A DNA stretch of 62,948 bases, the filler included, from a candidate division TA06 bacterium SM23_40 (GTDB lineage: Bacteria > LJUI01 > SM1-40), in NCBI GenBank assembly GCA_001303705.1. It is 4 parts of 4 records of this genome, joined end to end, with 100 filler letters (N's around TTAATTAATTAA, not from the genome) between each part and the next. Parts side by side here need not be neighbours in the genome. Positions count along the whole stretch, not along the records: positions 17,105 to 34,040 come from LJUI01000048.1; 3 more parts are not named here. One strand, given 5' to 3'. The position numbers and the translations under genes were made by a program. The stretch's first letter is position 1, and each line of letters starts with the position of its first letter. Below the pieces are notes generated by a model. The model saw only the letters and a program-made list of their open reading frames with translations. It ran no database searches and was not told the DNA's origin. Positions 17,294 through 27,361 of this stretch are shown here, one piece after another.

Positions 17294-18637
17294 ATGCGCC
17301 CGTTCTGCTGTCGCATCGGCTGGTTGATGCTACTCATTCCATTCATCGCCATCGTGGGTCTGCTGATTAACGGATGCGAGAAGGAACTCGTCGAACCGGA
17401 AGACCCTGACGCTCCCATTATCAACAGTCTCACGGCGGATCCCCCGACGATCGGTATCCGTGGAAGGGTCACGCTGAAGTGCATCGCAGCTGACCCGGAA
17501 CACAATAAGGACTTCACATTCAGCTGGAGCAGCACGGCAGGCTCGTTCGTCAATTCCAACGGTGACTCGACAACCCACCCCGATCTCTCTGTTCACGCGA
17601 ACTATGCAACCTGGAATGCGCCTGACACCCCACAGGATGTGACGATGACGGTTGTGGTTGACGATGAGACGAACCAGACATCACAAAGCGTCGGGGTCCG
17701 GGTGACTGCTTACGAGCTGGTGGCCTATTGGGGGATGGTCGAAGCAGCAGGCGATTCCACGCACCATCCAGGCATGCTCGACATGCCGCGAGGCGTTGAG
17801 ATCGTAGGAGACTACTGCTACGTCGCCGACTGGGGCAACGATCGCATGCAGCGTTTCAGTCGACTCGATGGTACGTACGATACGTTGTGGACATTCGTTG
17901 TCTCCGGCCCGGACACGGTCGATATCGACGGTCCGATCGACATTGCCGCCGATGATGCTGGCAATGTCTTCCTCGTCGATCACCGGCGTCTGTACAGGTT
18001 CGATGCAGTGGGGCAGGACATCGTCTTCGATAGGTATGCCAGTGTCCCGGATTCCTTCTCGATCGGACTCGCGACCGATGCGGGCGGCAACGTTTATCTC
18101 TCGAGAGGGAACAGCGGAACCATCCGAGGATACGACGGGGATAACCTGAGCTCGCTGCCATCTCTCGTGACAGGCCTCTCCTCGCCTCGCGGGATCACTT
18201 TCGATCCGGGAGACGATTTCTTGGTGGTCGACTATGACCGCATTCCCTTTGCCGATACCATCGCGCCCGACAGTATCGTCTATGACACTACCACGGTCTC
18301 CTGGATCTTGCGGTACGAGGCCCCAGCCTACGTAGTGGTGAGTGATACGATCGGGCAGTATGGCGAAGCCGGGGACGGAGAGCTGTACGTTCCGTTCGCT
18401 CTCGCGTACGGCGCATTCGACGACGCCGTCTTCGTTACTGACCTGGGAGGTTCGGGTGATCCCCTCCTCACCCGGGTCGTGATGTTCTCCTCAGACGGCA
18501 CGTTCCAGCTCGAGTGGGGGAGTGCCGGCGGGGCGCTCGAGAGCTTCAATGCACCGCTGGGCCTGGCCGCCGACGACGAGGGATTCGTCTACGTCTCCGA
18601 TACGGGCAACAACGCGATCAAGAAGTACTCGCCATAG
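17294..18637 (+). CDS. Lipoprotein with Ig-like domain and NHL-repeat beta-propeller
   Basis: RBS GGAGGAGG and lipobox INGC. NHL repeats (YVADWGNDRMQRF; FNAPLGLAADDEGFVYVSDTGNNAIKKY). Confidence 0.8.
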   Translation: MRPFCCRIGWLMLLIPFIAIVGLLINGCEKELVEPEDPDAPIINSLTADPPTIGIRGRVTLKCIAADPEHNKDFTFSWSSTAGSFVNSNGDSTTHPDLSVHANYATWNAPDTPQDVTMTVVVDDETNQTSQSVGVRVTAYELVAYWGMVEAAGDSTHHPGMLDMPRGVEIVGDYCYVADWGNDRMQRFSRLDGTYDTLWTFVVSGPDTVDIDGPIDIAADDAGNVFLVDHRRLYRFDAVGQDIVFDRYASVPDSFSIGLATDAGGNVYLSRGNSGTIRGYDGDNLSSLPSLVTGLSSPRGITFDPGDDFLVVDYDRIPFADTIAPDSIVYDTTTVSWILRYEAPAYVVVSDTIGQYGEAGDGELYVPFALAYGAFDDAVFVTDLGGSGDPLLTRVVMFSSDGTFQLEWGSAGGALESFNAPLGLAADDEGFVYVSDTGNNAIKKYSP

Positions 18638-18701
18638 GGTCGAACGGGTACGCTCTGATTTTCATCAGCTAGGGAGAGTGAACGCAAAGGAGGAACGGAC
18701 G

Positions 18702-19658
18702 ATGAACAGACTGGTTGGCGCGCAGTCTCTCGCCGCAGCATCGGCGTTGCTGATCGTTCTCGCGCTTTCACCGTGCGCCGTGCTGGCCCAATCGAAGGTG
18801 GGGACTGCCGGCATGCAGTTTCTCGAAGTCGGCACGACCGCCCGGGTCGCCGGGATGGGAGAGGCATTCGTCGCGGTGGCGGATGATGCATCGGCGCTGC
18901 GGTACAATTCTGCCGGACTGGCGTGGTTGGAGGGACGAGAGGCCATCTTCGGCTACACGGACTATCCGGCGGATATCACGCTACAGTATGCCGGAGCCAT
19001 AGCTCCCATCTCGCCCGTGATCGGCACGGTGGGGATCGCTGTCACCTCCCTGACGATGGATGATATGGTGGTGACGACGCCGGTCGACTCCGATGTGACC
19101 GGTACGGGGCGCCACTTCACAGCGGGCGATGTGGCAGTCCAGCTGAGCTACGCTCGTATGTTGACAGACCGTTTCTCTGCAGGGCTGTCGGTACGGTTCA
19201 TCCAGGAGGATCTCGAGGATGAGTCCGCCCAGGGGATCGGAGCAGACATCGGCACGTTGTATGATACCCACTGGAATACGGTCAAGGTCGGGATGAATAT
19301 CTCGAATTTCGGACCGGACATGAAATTCGTGGAGGAGAGCTTTCCGCAGCCGCTCAACTTCACGGTGGGCGTGTCGGTAGAGCCGATCAGCGACGAACTA
19401 CACCATCTCATTCTTGGGTTCGAAGGAAGCCATCCGAACGATAACGAGGAGCGGGCCGCAGTAGGAGGGGAGTACACTGTGTACCAGATGTTGTCGTTCC
19501 GGGGAGGCTACAAGATCAACTATGATGCGGAGACATGGTCGGCCGGGGTCGGCGTTCAGGTTCCGTTAGGTGTGATGGGAGTCAAGGTCGACTACTCGTA
19601 CACCGATTTCGGATATCTCAGTGATATCCACCGCGCGACACTGGGCATCAGCCTTTAG
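18702..19658 (+). CDS. PorV/PorQ-family (UPF0164) outer-membrane barrel
   Basis: KVGTAGMQFLEVGTTARVAGMGEAFVAVADDASALRYNSAGLA...NFGPD...DYSYTDFGYLSDIHR. RBS AAGGAGG. Confidence 0.85.
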   Translation: MNRLVGAQSLAAASALLIVLALSPCAVLAQSKVGTAGMQFLEVGTTARVAGMGEAFVAVADDASALRYNSAGLAWLEGREAIFGYTDYPADITLQYAGAIAPISPVIGTVGIAVTSLTMDDMVVTTPVDSDVTGTGRHFTAGDVAVQLSYARMLTDRFSAGLSVRFIQEDLEDESAQGIGADIGTLYDTHWNTVKVGMNISNFGPDMKFVEESFPQPLNFTVGVSVEPISDELHHLILGFEGSHPNDNEERAAVGGEYTVYQMLSFRGGYKINYDAETWSAGVGVQVPLGVMGVKVDYSYTDFGYLSDIHRATLGISL

Positions 19659-19904
19659 GCCGTGCGGCTCCGGTGGGCAGTTGGGCGCCGGCGGCAAGAG
19701 AAGAAAGGAGGAAAGTGATAGCCGTCGGAAGGCATGGACGTGAAGGGAAGCAGCGTTGTGCTTGTCAAAGAGCCCTCCCGTCGTTGCCTGAACGCTGCCA
19801 CGTGGGTCAGGAGAGCAGCGAGGTCGGCTGTCAGCGAGGGGGGGAGAGACGAGGGATGGTAGATGGCAGATCTACCAGCCATGCGAGGAAGGAGGAGCGA
19901 GAGC

Positions 19905-21758
19905 ATGTTGCTTCAACGTCAGATCCCGATCGCGATCCTGGTCGGCTGCTTGCTCGTCAGCTCTGCCGCCGCCTTTGTCGTGGTCCCCGAACGGAGTGAC
20001 TTCAGCCTGAGAGATGTCGAGGAAGGTTCGATGCTCAGGCCGGCAGTGGAGGAGGGGCAGGCCGGAGTGGCGACGCCACCTGATCCCGGTACTGCCCACT
20101 GGGTCGCCACGAGCAATTTCCCCACTGATCCAGCGTTTGACTCTCCGTTCTCCTACCCCAATAACCGGCACGTCTGCGTCCATCCAGTCATGGACATTCC
20201 GTTCGTCGGCTGGATGAACAATGACGCGCACCCCACCATTTTCGCGAGCTATGAGTCTCACTGGAACGACCTGTTCCAGTTCTGGACCACTCCTGTCTCC
20301 TTCGTAGACACCCTCCGCGGTCGGCGCTCGGGCGTCTTAGGTGATCACACGACCACAGTGCACGGTACTTGCGCAGCATCGAATGGCGGCACCGTGACGA
20401 GAGAAATATGGTACAACCGCTACGAGAATCCGTGGACCGCGCCGACGTTGATCAGCACCGATGACGGCATTCAGGACTACTTCGTCGCGATGGCGGCCGA
20501 TCTGAATGACAACATCTGGCTGGCCTGGGAGCACAACTGGAATGCGGCGTCAGCCAACGACCACGTTCTGCAGGCGACCTATTCAACCGATAACGGGGTT
20601 ACCTGGGACCAGGGTAACATCGTGGATGTCCACTCCCCGTACAGCGGCGCCTGGAACCTCACTACGATCGCCACTGATCCGACGAACGGGGACGCGTACA
20701 TCGCCTGTGGGATTTACTGGCCGCTCGGCATGCTGTCGCTTCCCGACGACGATGGGTTCAATGACGTCGTACTCTGGCACTACTATGCAGACGGTGATAC
20801 GTGGGGCAGTGAGCCCGAAGTCGTGGTCCAGGATATCGATGAAGATCCCACGATCTTTGGCAACCAGGCCTCGCTTCCCACGCTCGTCGTCGACTCCCAG
20901 GGTACCGTCCACCTGGTCTTCCAGGGCAATCCGAACGTACAGGCCGGAGACGGCACGCTCCAGGGGTACACGATCACCGGACCTGCCGGTGCGCTCTACT
21001 ACACCAACAACGAAGGCGGGATGTGGAGCACTCCCGAAGAGGTCTTCCCGTTGGTCTGGACGGCCTATGGTGACAGCATCGACAGCATGGGCACGATGTG
21101 TGGATACCCCACCATGGGTATCGACGAGAATGATGGCCTCTGGCTGGTGACTACCGCGCCCACCGTCATCTACAACGATACGATCTTCAGCTGGAACGCC
21201 GAGGTCGCCTACAGGCCTTATGGAGGCGCCTGGAATGCTCCCGAGGACAACTACACGTTGAGCAGCATACCGGAGGATTCGGCGCGGATCGGGAAGTCGG
21301 CCATCTATGCGTCCATCCCTCATATGGTCGAGGAGGGATATCCGCAGTGTGCCTGGACTCAGATCGTTGACGCGCGGCTCGAGTACGGCGAGATCTGGTA
21401 TCACCGGGCCGAGGTGGTTGGTGTGGGAGATGGCGATTCGGAGAACAGGTTGCCGACAGGGCAGCCCATCTGCCTCTCTCAGAGCTATCCCAACCCGGTC
21501 CTGAGAGGTGCTCGCCACAACGTGACGACGATCCGGTACCAAGTTCCTGAGCCCGGGCAGGCAACGCTCAGGATCTACGATGCGGCCGGACGACTCGTGC
21601 GAGAGCTCGTCAACGGTACGGTAGAGGCAGGATCGCACGAAGCGAGATGGGATGGCCGGGATGTTCGCGGCCGCGACGTTGCGAGCGGTGTGTACTTCTA
21701 CCGTCTCGAGGCGGAGCGCGCCGGGAGCATGGTCAGGAAGATGGTGCTCCTCAACTGA
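19905..21758 (+). CDS. Secreted Asp-box beta-propeller protein with FlgD-Ig/T9SS-like CTD (paralog 1)
   Basis: Signal peptide, Asp-box STDNGVTW, CTD QSYPNP...IYDAAGRLVR...WDGRD..G..VASGVYFYRL. Confidence 0.8.
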   Translation: MLLQRQIPIAILVGCLLVSSAAAFVVVPERSDFSLRDVEEGSMLRPAVEEGQAGVATPPDPGTAHWVATSNFPTDPAFDSPFSYPNNRHVCVHPVMDIPFVGWMNNDAHPTIFASYESHWNDLFQFWTTPVSFVDTLRGRRSGVLGDHTTTVHGTCAASNGGTVTREIWYNRYENPWTAPTLISTDDGIQDYFVAMAADLNDNIWLAWEHNWNAASANDHVLQATYSTDNGVTWDQGNIVDVHSPYSGAWNLTTIATDPTNGDAYIACGIYWPLGMLSLPDDDGFNDVVLWHYYADGDTWGSEPEVVVQDIDEDPTIFGNQASLPTLVVDSQGTVHLVFQGNPNVQAGDGTLQGYTITGPAGALYYTNNEGGMWSTPEEVFPLVWTAYGDSIDSMGTMCGYPTMGIDENDGLWLVTTAPTVIYNDTIFSWNAEVAYRPYGGAWNAPEDNYTLSSIPEDSARIGKSAIYASIPHMVEEGYPQCAWTQIVDARLEYGEIWYHRAEVVGVGDGDSENRLPTGQPICLSQSYPNPVLRGARHNVTTIRYQVPEPGQATLRIYDAAGRLVRELVNGTVEAGSHEARWDGRDVRGRDVASGVYFYRLEAERAGSMVRKMVLLN

Positions 21759-21820
21759 GGACCGACAGGAGCGAGGCGCCGTCCGGGGCGCAGATAGAAA
21801 AACCTATCGCGATCACGTCT

Positions 21821-21862
21821 GGAGTTCCTCCGGGGTCGGGATACTCACCCCGGAGGAACTCC
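21821..21862. terminator. 16-bp perfect stem-loop between the paralogs
   Basis: GGAGTTCCTCCGGGGT-N10-ACCCCGGAGGAACTCC. Confidence 0.55.
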
Positions 21863-21971
21863 TAGAGAGGTCACGGAGTCGGGCAGCCCCGTGGCGGAAA
21901 GGAGGTGATGTACCCCTCCCGGGGATATCGAGCAGCATGGCTTGTTTCCTTCTATTGGAGGTAGGGTGAGC

Positions 21972-23828
21972 ATGAAAAATGTAGTGTTTGCATGTGGTGT
22001 TGTGGTTCTCGTGCTGTCCGTTGCCCTGCCCTCGTGGGCGGCGCACGATGGCGCGGTCTCCAGAGAGGCGATCTCGAGGCCGATGGCCAGGGCCGGCGTG
22101 CCGACAGCGACTCCCCCTCCGTTCTGGCAGTTGTCCACCGTTCGGAACGATGCCGACTATCTGAAGCAGGATGGCACGGGCGATTCGCCCCTCTCCTACC
22201 CGGGCTTCACCCACATCGCCCACGACATGGTCGAGGACGTTCCCTTCTGCCTGTGGCGTGAGGGCAGCTTCTCGGATGCAGATCTTCTCGAGAGCCACTG
22301 GAACGATCTCTTTCTCTTCTGGACGACACCTGTCGAGGTCATCGCCGATGAGCTTGTGGCCAGGCGTGGGAACGGGTTGATGTACGATGACAACGGGGTG
22401 ATCCACGTCGCCGGCGCGTTCGGCCCCGGCTCTGGAGGTCCGTTCGACATCCGGTACGCCCGGCGCGATCCCGTCGCCGGAACGTGGGGAGCGTCGGTGC
22501 AGCTCTCAGTGGAAGACGATTCCACCGACTACTTCCCCGCGGGTACTGTCGATAGCAATGGGAATGTCTGGGTCGAATGGGAACGGGTCATCACTTCGCC
22601 CGCTCACGAGGCGATCCTGGCATACAAGTCCACCGATGGCGGCGAGACGTGGGATCCGGGCAATCGCGAGGTGATCGTCGATCCGTTCGATGGAGGATGG
22701 TCGACCTGGAACATGTTCGCTGACCCGTCGAATGGAGACGTCTGGGGCGTCACTGGTGCCTTCGGCAATGAGGACCTGTTCAACGACCTCTGCATCTGGC
22801 ACTATGTGGCAGCGCAGGACACGTGGATGGGCCCGGAGATACCGGTAGTCGGGGATATGGCCCTGAACGACTCGCTCGGGTGGCAGGTGGCGATGCCGCA
22901 GATCGTCATCGACTCACAGCACAATGCCCACGTCGTCTTCGAGATGAACGGACAGGACGATCCCGCGACCAATCCACGTACGCTGACGGTCATTGCCAAC
23001 ATGGGCCCGTATGGAACGATGCACTATGTCAATAACGTCGGCGGCGACTGGTCTGACCCGGTCCAGATCTTCGTTGCACCGGACACCATCAAGCCGCAGA
23101 CCGACTCTGTCTGCGGTGTTCCGTCGATCGGAATCGACGCCTTTGACAATCTGTACATCTCCTTCTCCCAGGCACTCCAGGTCGATAGCCTGACGGCGAC
23201 GGGTGTGATCTGGTCGATGCCGGTCGATGCTTACATGAGCTACAATCCGTACGATCCCGTGGCGCAGGAGTGGCTGGGGTGGAGCGACAGAGTCAAGCTC
23301 TCTGATCTCCCGATCTGGGAGCTCGGGCCTGACTCGCTGGTCGGTGCCGACTCGGTCGCTCTGTACCCGGGGGTGACGCCCAGGGTCCCCTCCTCCGGCG
23401 AGACGGCTGGCCCGGGGTTCTTCTGGTGTGAATGGCTGGCGGACAACAGCGCCAACGATTACCACATGATTGACTTCAAGTACGTCCACGCCAGCCTCTG
23501 CACCCTTCCCACAGGGATTTCGGTGGAGGAGCCCGTCTCGGTGAGGAGAGACGGTCTCTTCCTCGGCCAGAACAGGCCGAATCCGTTCTGGAAGAGCACC
23601 GAGATCGCGTATGGACTGCCGCAGAGTGGGCATGTGCGGCTCGAGATCCATAACGTGCTGGGCCAGCGCGTGCGGACGCTCGTCGACCGCTTCCAGGATG
23701 CGGGAAGACACCGCGTCATCTGGGACCGCCGGGACGAGAGCGGTGCCTATGTGGCGAGCGGGATCTACTTCTACCGCCTCGAGGGACCCGGGACCTCTAA
23801 GAACAAGAAGATGGCGGTCCTCAACTAG
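21972..23828 (+). CDS. Secreted Asp-box beta-propeller protein with FlgD-Ig/T9SS-like CTD (paralog 2)
   Basis: Signal peptide, STDGGETW, shared motif ESHWNDLFxFWTTPV, CTD QNRPNPF...ASGIYFYRL. Confidence 0.8.
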   Translation: MKNVVFACGVVVLVLSVALPSWAAHDGAVSREAISRPMARAGVPTATPPPFWQLSTVRNDADYLKQDGTGDSPLSYPGFTHIAHDMVEDVPFCLWREGSFSDADLLESHWNDLFLFWTTPVEVIADELVARRGNGLMYDDNGVIHVAGAFGPGSGGPFDIRYARRDPVAGTWGASVQLSVEDDSTDYFPAGTVDSNGNVWVEWERVITSPAHEAILAYKSTDGGETWDPGNREVIVDPFDGGWSTWNMFADPSNGDVWGVTGAFGNEDLFNDLCIWHYVAAQDTWMGPEIPVVGDMALNDSLGWQVAMPQIVIDSQHNAHVVFEMNGQDDPATNPRTLTVIANMGPYGTMHYVNNVGGDWSDPVQIFVAPDTIKPQTDSVCGVPSIGIDAFDNLYISFSQALQVDSLTATGVIWSMPVDAYMSYNPYDPVAQEWLGWSDRVKLSDLPIWELGPDSLVGADSVALYPGVTPRVPSSGETAGPGFFWCEWLADNSANDYHMIDFKYVHASLCTLPTGISVEEPVSVRRDGLFLGQNRPNPFWKSTEIAYGLPQSGHVRLEIHNVLGQRVRTLVDRFQDAGRHRVIWDRRDESGAYVASGIYFYRLEGPGTSKNKKMAVLN

Positions 23829-23861
23829 GCTTAGGAGCATAGACACCGCCGCGGAGCGGAG

Positions 23862-23898
23862 AAAAGCGGCCCGGCCCCCGAAGGGGGCCGGGCTGTTT
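23862..23898. terminator. Bidirectional intrinsic terminator between convergent genes
   Basis: AAAA-GCGGCCCGGCCCCC-GAA-GGGGGCCGGGCTGT-TT. Confidence 0.75.
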
Positions 23899-23938
23899 CA
23901 TGGTAGTCTCGTTCTGACCCCAGGCTTTGACTCGAAGT

Positions 23939-25384
23939 CTAGAAGTTGTCGATCAGATCGGCGAGTGCCCGGCCCGCAAGATCTTCCTCCTCGCACAGGG
24001 AGAGCGGGAATGTGAGCAGCACGCTGTTGTACGTCTCGGCCTGGTACCAGGTCCCGCAGGGCAGATTCTCGTCCGGCGCTGCAGGACTCACGTCGTCAAA
24101 CCCGAAGATCGTATGCCCGCCTGCGGCGAGCGGCACGACCAGATCCACCCGTGGGAACTGGCCGAAGGGCCATTTGGTGACCGAGAGGGAGAGGTCCGGG
24201 AACGTGATGCCGGCGACGGTCTGTCCGAATGCCCCTCCGAAATCTGAATTGTTCTCTTTGGTGAACCGGGACAATCCGAGGTAGTCATGGGTGAACGTGC
24301 CCGGGGTGGTTCCTCCCGGGGTTTGATCGAGTTCAAGGAGGAGTTCCGGCCCCACGAGGATCAAGTTTCCACCCACGCTCAGATACTCGGCGAGGAGCAC
24401 CTTGTGGTTATCGAGGTCGCTCTCAGCGGGGAGATTTATGTGCTCGTTGTGCCAGATGACGGTTCCGTAGGCCTCGATGTCCGAGTGATCGAGATTCCAC
24501 TGCGTCTCGAGATCCCAGTGGTCCACCGTCTCGACCAGGTCGCTCTCGCCTACGAGGTGTGTGCCGATCGAGTTCCAGTACGTGCTGTTCTTGTTTATTA
24601 ACGTATCAAATATCGGCATGGTGAAGAGAGTGCGGGTGGCATCGACGATGAGCACCGCGCTCGAATCGAGGGTCGGCTGCACGACCTTGAAGTTGACTTC
24701 TGCCGGAGTGGGGTCGGTCACACTGCAGTTGTCGATGGCCCGCACCTCGAAGACATGATCGCCGTCCGTGAGCCCCTGGTACAGTGCATAGGTCTCGGTC
24801 GTTTCGCTCCAGGGAAGCGAAGGAGGCGATTGCCTCGCCTCATACATCACGATGTATCCGTCCTCGTCGAGACCTCCGAATGTGAAGCGAATGCCGGGCC
24901 AGTCAGGAGTCGCGACGGGAAGGGAGAAGTAGGTATTGTCCTCCAGCCCGCTCGAGATGTAGGTTTCCGGCGCGAGCGTGTACACAGTGAAGATGCGATG
25001 ATCCGGCGTCGGGTCGACAGCATCATCATCGTCGACCGCACGGACCCATATCTCGCGGACAAGGGTCGTATCGATCATCGCCACTGCCTCTGCGGAGTCG
25101 GCGGCAACGATGAGGAGGGCAGTCGTATCGGTCTCGACAAAGATCCACGACGTGGTGTCAGGAGTCGCATACTCGAAGCCGACGACCGATCCATCCTCAT
25201 CATTCCCGTACCAGTACAGAGTCTGCAGGTAGGGAATGACGGCGCTGTCAGGAGGTACATTGACGAAATTCGTCTCCGGCGGGACGTTGGCCCGTGGGCT
25301 TCCCGGCTCGTCCACCTCTGCACATCCTAAGAACGCGATTAGGAACGCAATGCTCAACGCGAAGACGGCTCTTGTGATGCGCAT
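23939..25384 (-). CDS. Lipoprotein with two Ig/FN3-like repeats and a C-terminal alpha/beta domain
   Basis: RBS AAGGAGG and lipobox FLGC. Duplicated PET...DEDG...VRA(V/I)D....DPTP units. C-terminal VLIVD/VIWH/YLSVGGNLILVG. Confidence 0.75.
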   Translation of the reverse strand: MRITRAVFALSIAFLIAFLGCAEVDEPGSPRANVPPETNFVNVPPDSAVIPYLQTLYWYGNDEDGSVVGFEYATPDTTSWIFVETDTTALLIVAADSAEAVAMIDTTLVREIWVRAVDDDDAVDPTPDHRIFTVYTLAPETYISSGLEDNTYFSLPVATPDWPGIRFTFGGLDEDGYIVMYEARQSPPSLPWSETTETYALYQGLTDGDHVFEVRAIDNCSVTDPTPAEVNFKVVQPTLDSSAVLIVDATRTLFTMPIFDTLINKNSTYWNSIGTHLVGESDLVETVDHWDLETQWNLDHSDIEAYGTVIWHNEHINLPAESDLDNHKVLLAEYLSVGGNLILVGPELLLELDQTPGGTTPGTFTHDYLGLSRFTKENNSDFGGAFGQTVAGITFPDLSLSVTKWPFGQFPRVDLVVPLAAGGHTIFGFDDVSPAAPDENLPCGTWYQAETYNSVLLTFPLSLCEEEDLAGRALADLIDNF

Positions 25385-25531
25385 TCGTAGACCCTCCTTG
25401 AAGGAACGTGTGTCGTCAGATGCCCGGACCTCGGGCGGCCGGGCGATCGGACGGCTTGAACTCGTGTCCTGAACCACTTCTACATGTTCCAGTAAGCCAA
25501 TCAGATAGCGTAAGGGATATTACGAGAACCC

Positions 25532-25560
25532 ACTCTAGCAGATTGCCAACCTCCTGTCAA
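25532..25560 (-). promoter_or_regulatory. Sigma70-type promoter
   Basis: Minus strand TTGACA-N17-TAGAGT with extended -10 TG. Confidence 0.7.
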
Positions 25561-25796
25561 CCCAAAAACTGGAGGCGATTATTTTTTCTTGCCGCCCAGG
25601 GTGCATAGCTTCTCTCGCGTGAACGGGCCCCGGGGGCCCAAATGGCGGGCAGAGCGACGGACCCGTCGGCGCCTCCTGCGGACGGCTCCAGGGGCTCCCG
25701 GCACAAAGGGCTTGCGCTCGCCGTCCCTGTATGTTAGGAGATACTATAGGTCTTTCTGTGTCAGCCCAAGAGCTATCTGGGGTGAAGGAGGAAGCG

Positions 25797-27278
25797 GTGG
25801 ACGTCTCGGTCGTCATTCCTCTGTTCAATGAGAGGGAGAATATCGGTCAGCTGTACGGGCGTCTTGTCTCTGTCCTGTCCGCGCTCGATCTCGACTGGGA
25901 GCTCATCTTCGTGGACGATGGGAGTACCGACGGCACAGAGGGCGAGCTGACGTCTCTAGCCGGGGAAGATGGGCGTGTCCGCGCCCTCATCCTCACGCGT
26001 AATTTCGGCCAGCATGCGGCGCTCCTCGCGGGATTCGGGGAGGTACGGGGCGATTGTGTCGTGACCCTCGACGGTGATCTCCAGAACCCTCCGGAGGATC
26101 TCCCCCGTCTACTCGATGCCCTGGGAGAAGGGTATGATGTGGTCTCCGGGCGCAGAGTGGACCGAATCGATCCGCTGTTTCGCCGCGTGGTCTCCTGGCT
26201 CACCAATAGGCTCGTATCGCGCGCCACAGGACAGCCGTTTCGGGACTGGGGATCGATGTTCCGCGCTTACCGACGTCCGGTGGTCGATGCGATCTGCCAG
26301 TATGGGGAGAAGTCTCTATTCATCCCCACATTCGTCGGGGCACTGGGCGTACGCATGGCCGAGATAGACGTAGGTCACGCCCGGCGGGCCGCGGGGAGAT
26401 CAAAGTACGGCGTTCTCGATCTGCTCCGGCTCTATTTCGACCTTGCCATAGGACTGACACTCATTCCGGTCCAGGCGATCGCCCTTGCAGGAGGAGTGCT
26501 GGCCTCTGTCGGTTTCCTCCTCGGGCTGTACATCTTCGGGAGGCGGATCGTCATCGGTCCCGAGGTTGAGGGTGTCTTCACCGTCTTCGCCTTCTTCTTC
26601 ATCTTCTTCGGCACACTGCTCATGGCGGTTGGCATGTTGGGCGAGTACGTGAGCCGCATATACCGGGAAGTCAGGCCTGCGCCCGCATTTCGGGTGAGGC
26701 AGATCGTGGGCGCGGATGAAGGACGGCATCCCAGGATCGCGGTTGTCGGCTGTGGCGATTTCGGGCGTGCCTGTACCGAAGCAGTAGTACGCGGCAGGGG
26801 AAATGTCGTGGCCGTCGTCGCATGTCCGGAAAAGGAGAGGGAGGAGGGTAGCGCGTACTCATCGCTACACGAGTTTGCATTCGAGCACCACATACCGCTG
26901 TACCGATCTTCGATCGGCGGCGTGGCAGCGCTCGCGCCGGCCCTCAAGAAGGTGACTCCTGAGCTCATATTCTTCATTCCATGCGATCAGCCCATCCCCG
27001 AAGAGATCGCGCAGTTGCCGCGGCTTGGGTGCATCGCCATCCATATGTCGAGCGACCCTGTCACGTATGAACAGCATGTAGATGAGGCGGAGTCTCCGAC
27101 AGGGAGAGAGGGGTCCGTTGTACTGCGCCATCTACGAGGAGGGAGGGCTCTGGTTCTTGCTCAACAACGTGTGATGCTCAGGCCCGGGGAAAGGTTGTCT
27201 CCAGACAGCGCGGAGGTGGTGGAAGTTGCGGCCCGCCTTGTGGAGCGTCATCTCGCCCAGATCGAGTCCGGCCTGTGA
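25797..27278 (+). CDS. ArnC-like GT2 polyprenyl-phosphate glycosyltransferase fused to a degenerate formyltransferase-like domain
   Basis: SVVIPLFNE, VDDGSTD, RNFGQHAALLAG, LDGDLQNPPE, two TMs, MLGEYVSRIY. The C-terminal RIAVVGCGDFG...GCIAIHMS resembles the ArnA/Fmt N-terminus without the HxSLLPxxRG motif. Confidence 0.8.
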   Translation: MDVSVVIPLFNERENIGQLYGRLVSVLSALDLDWELIFVDDGSTDGTEGELTSLAGEDGRVRALILTRNFGQHAALLAGFGEVRGDCVVTLDGDLQNPPEDLPRLLDALGEGYDVVSGRRVDRIDPLFRRVVSWLTNRLVSRATGQPFRDWGSMFRAYRRPVVDAICQYGEKSLFIPTFVGALGVRMAEIDVGHARRAAGRSKYGVLDLLRLYFDLAIGLTLIPVQAIALAGGVLASVGFLLGLYIFGRRIVIGPEVEGVFTVFAFFFIFFGTLLMAVGMLGEYVSRIYREVRPAPAFRVRQIVGADEGRHPRIAVVGCGDFGRACTEAVVRGRGNVVAVVACPEKEREEGSAYSSLHEFAFEHHIPLYRSSIGGVAALAPALKKVTPELIFFIPCDQPIPEEIAQLPRLGCIAIHMSSDPVTYEQHVDEAESPTGREGSVVLRHLRGGRALVLAQQRVMLRPGERLSPDSAEVVEVAARLVERHLAQIESGL

Positions 27279-27361
27279 CGGCCGCAGGGCTCGGGACGGT
27301 CCACGCTCCGGCTGGCACCGGGCCGATGGCGGCCTGAGCAGGGGAGTAGAAGGGACAGCGC

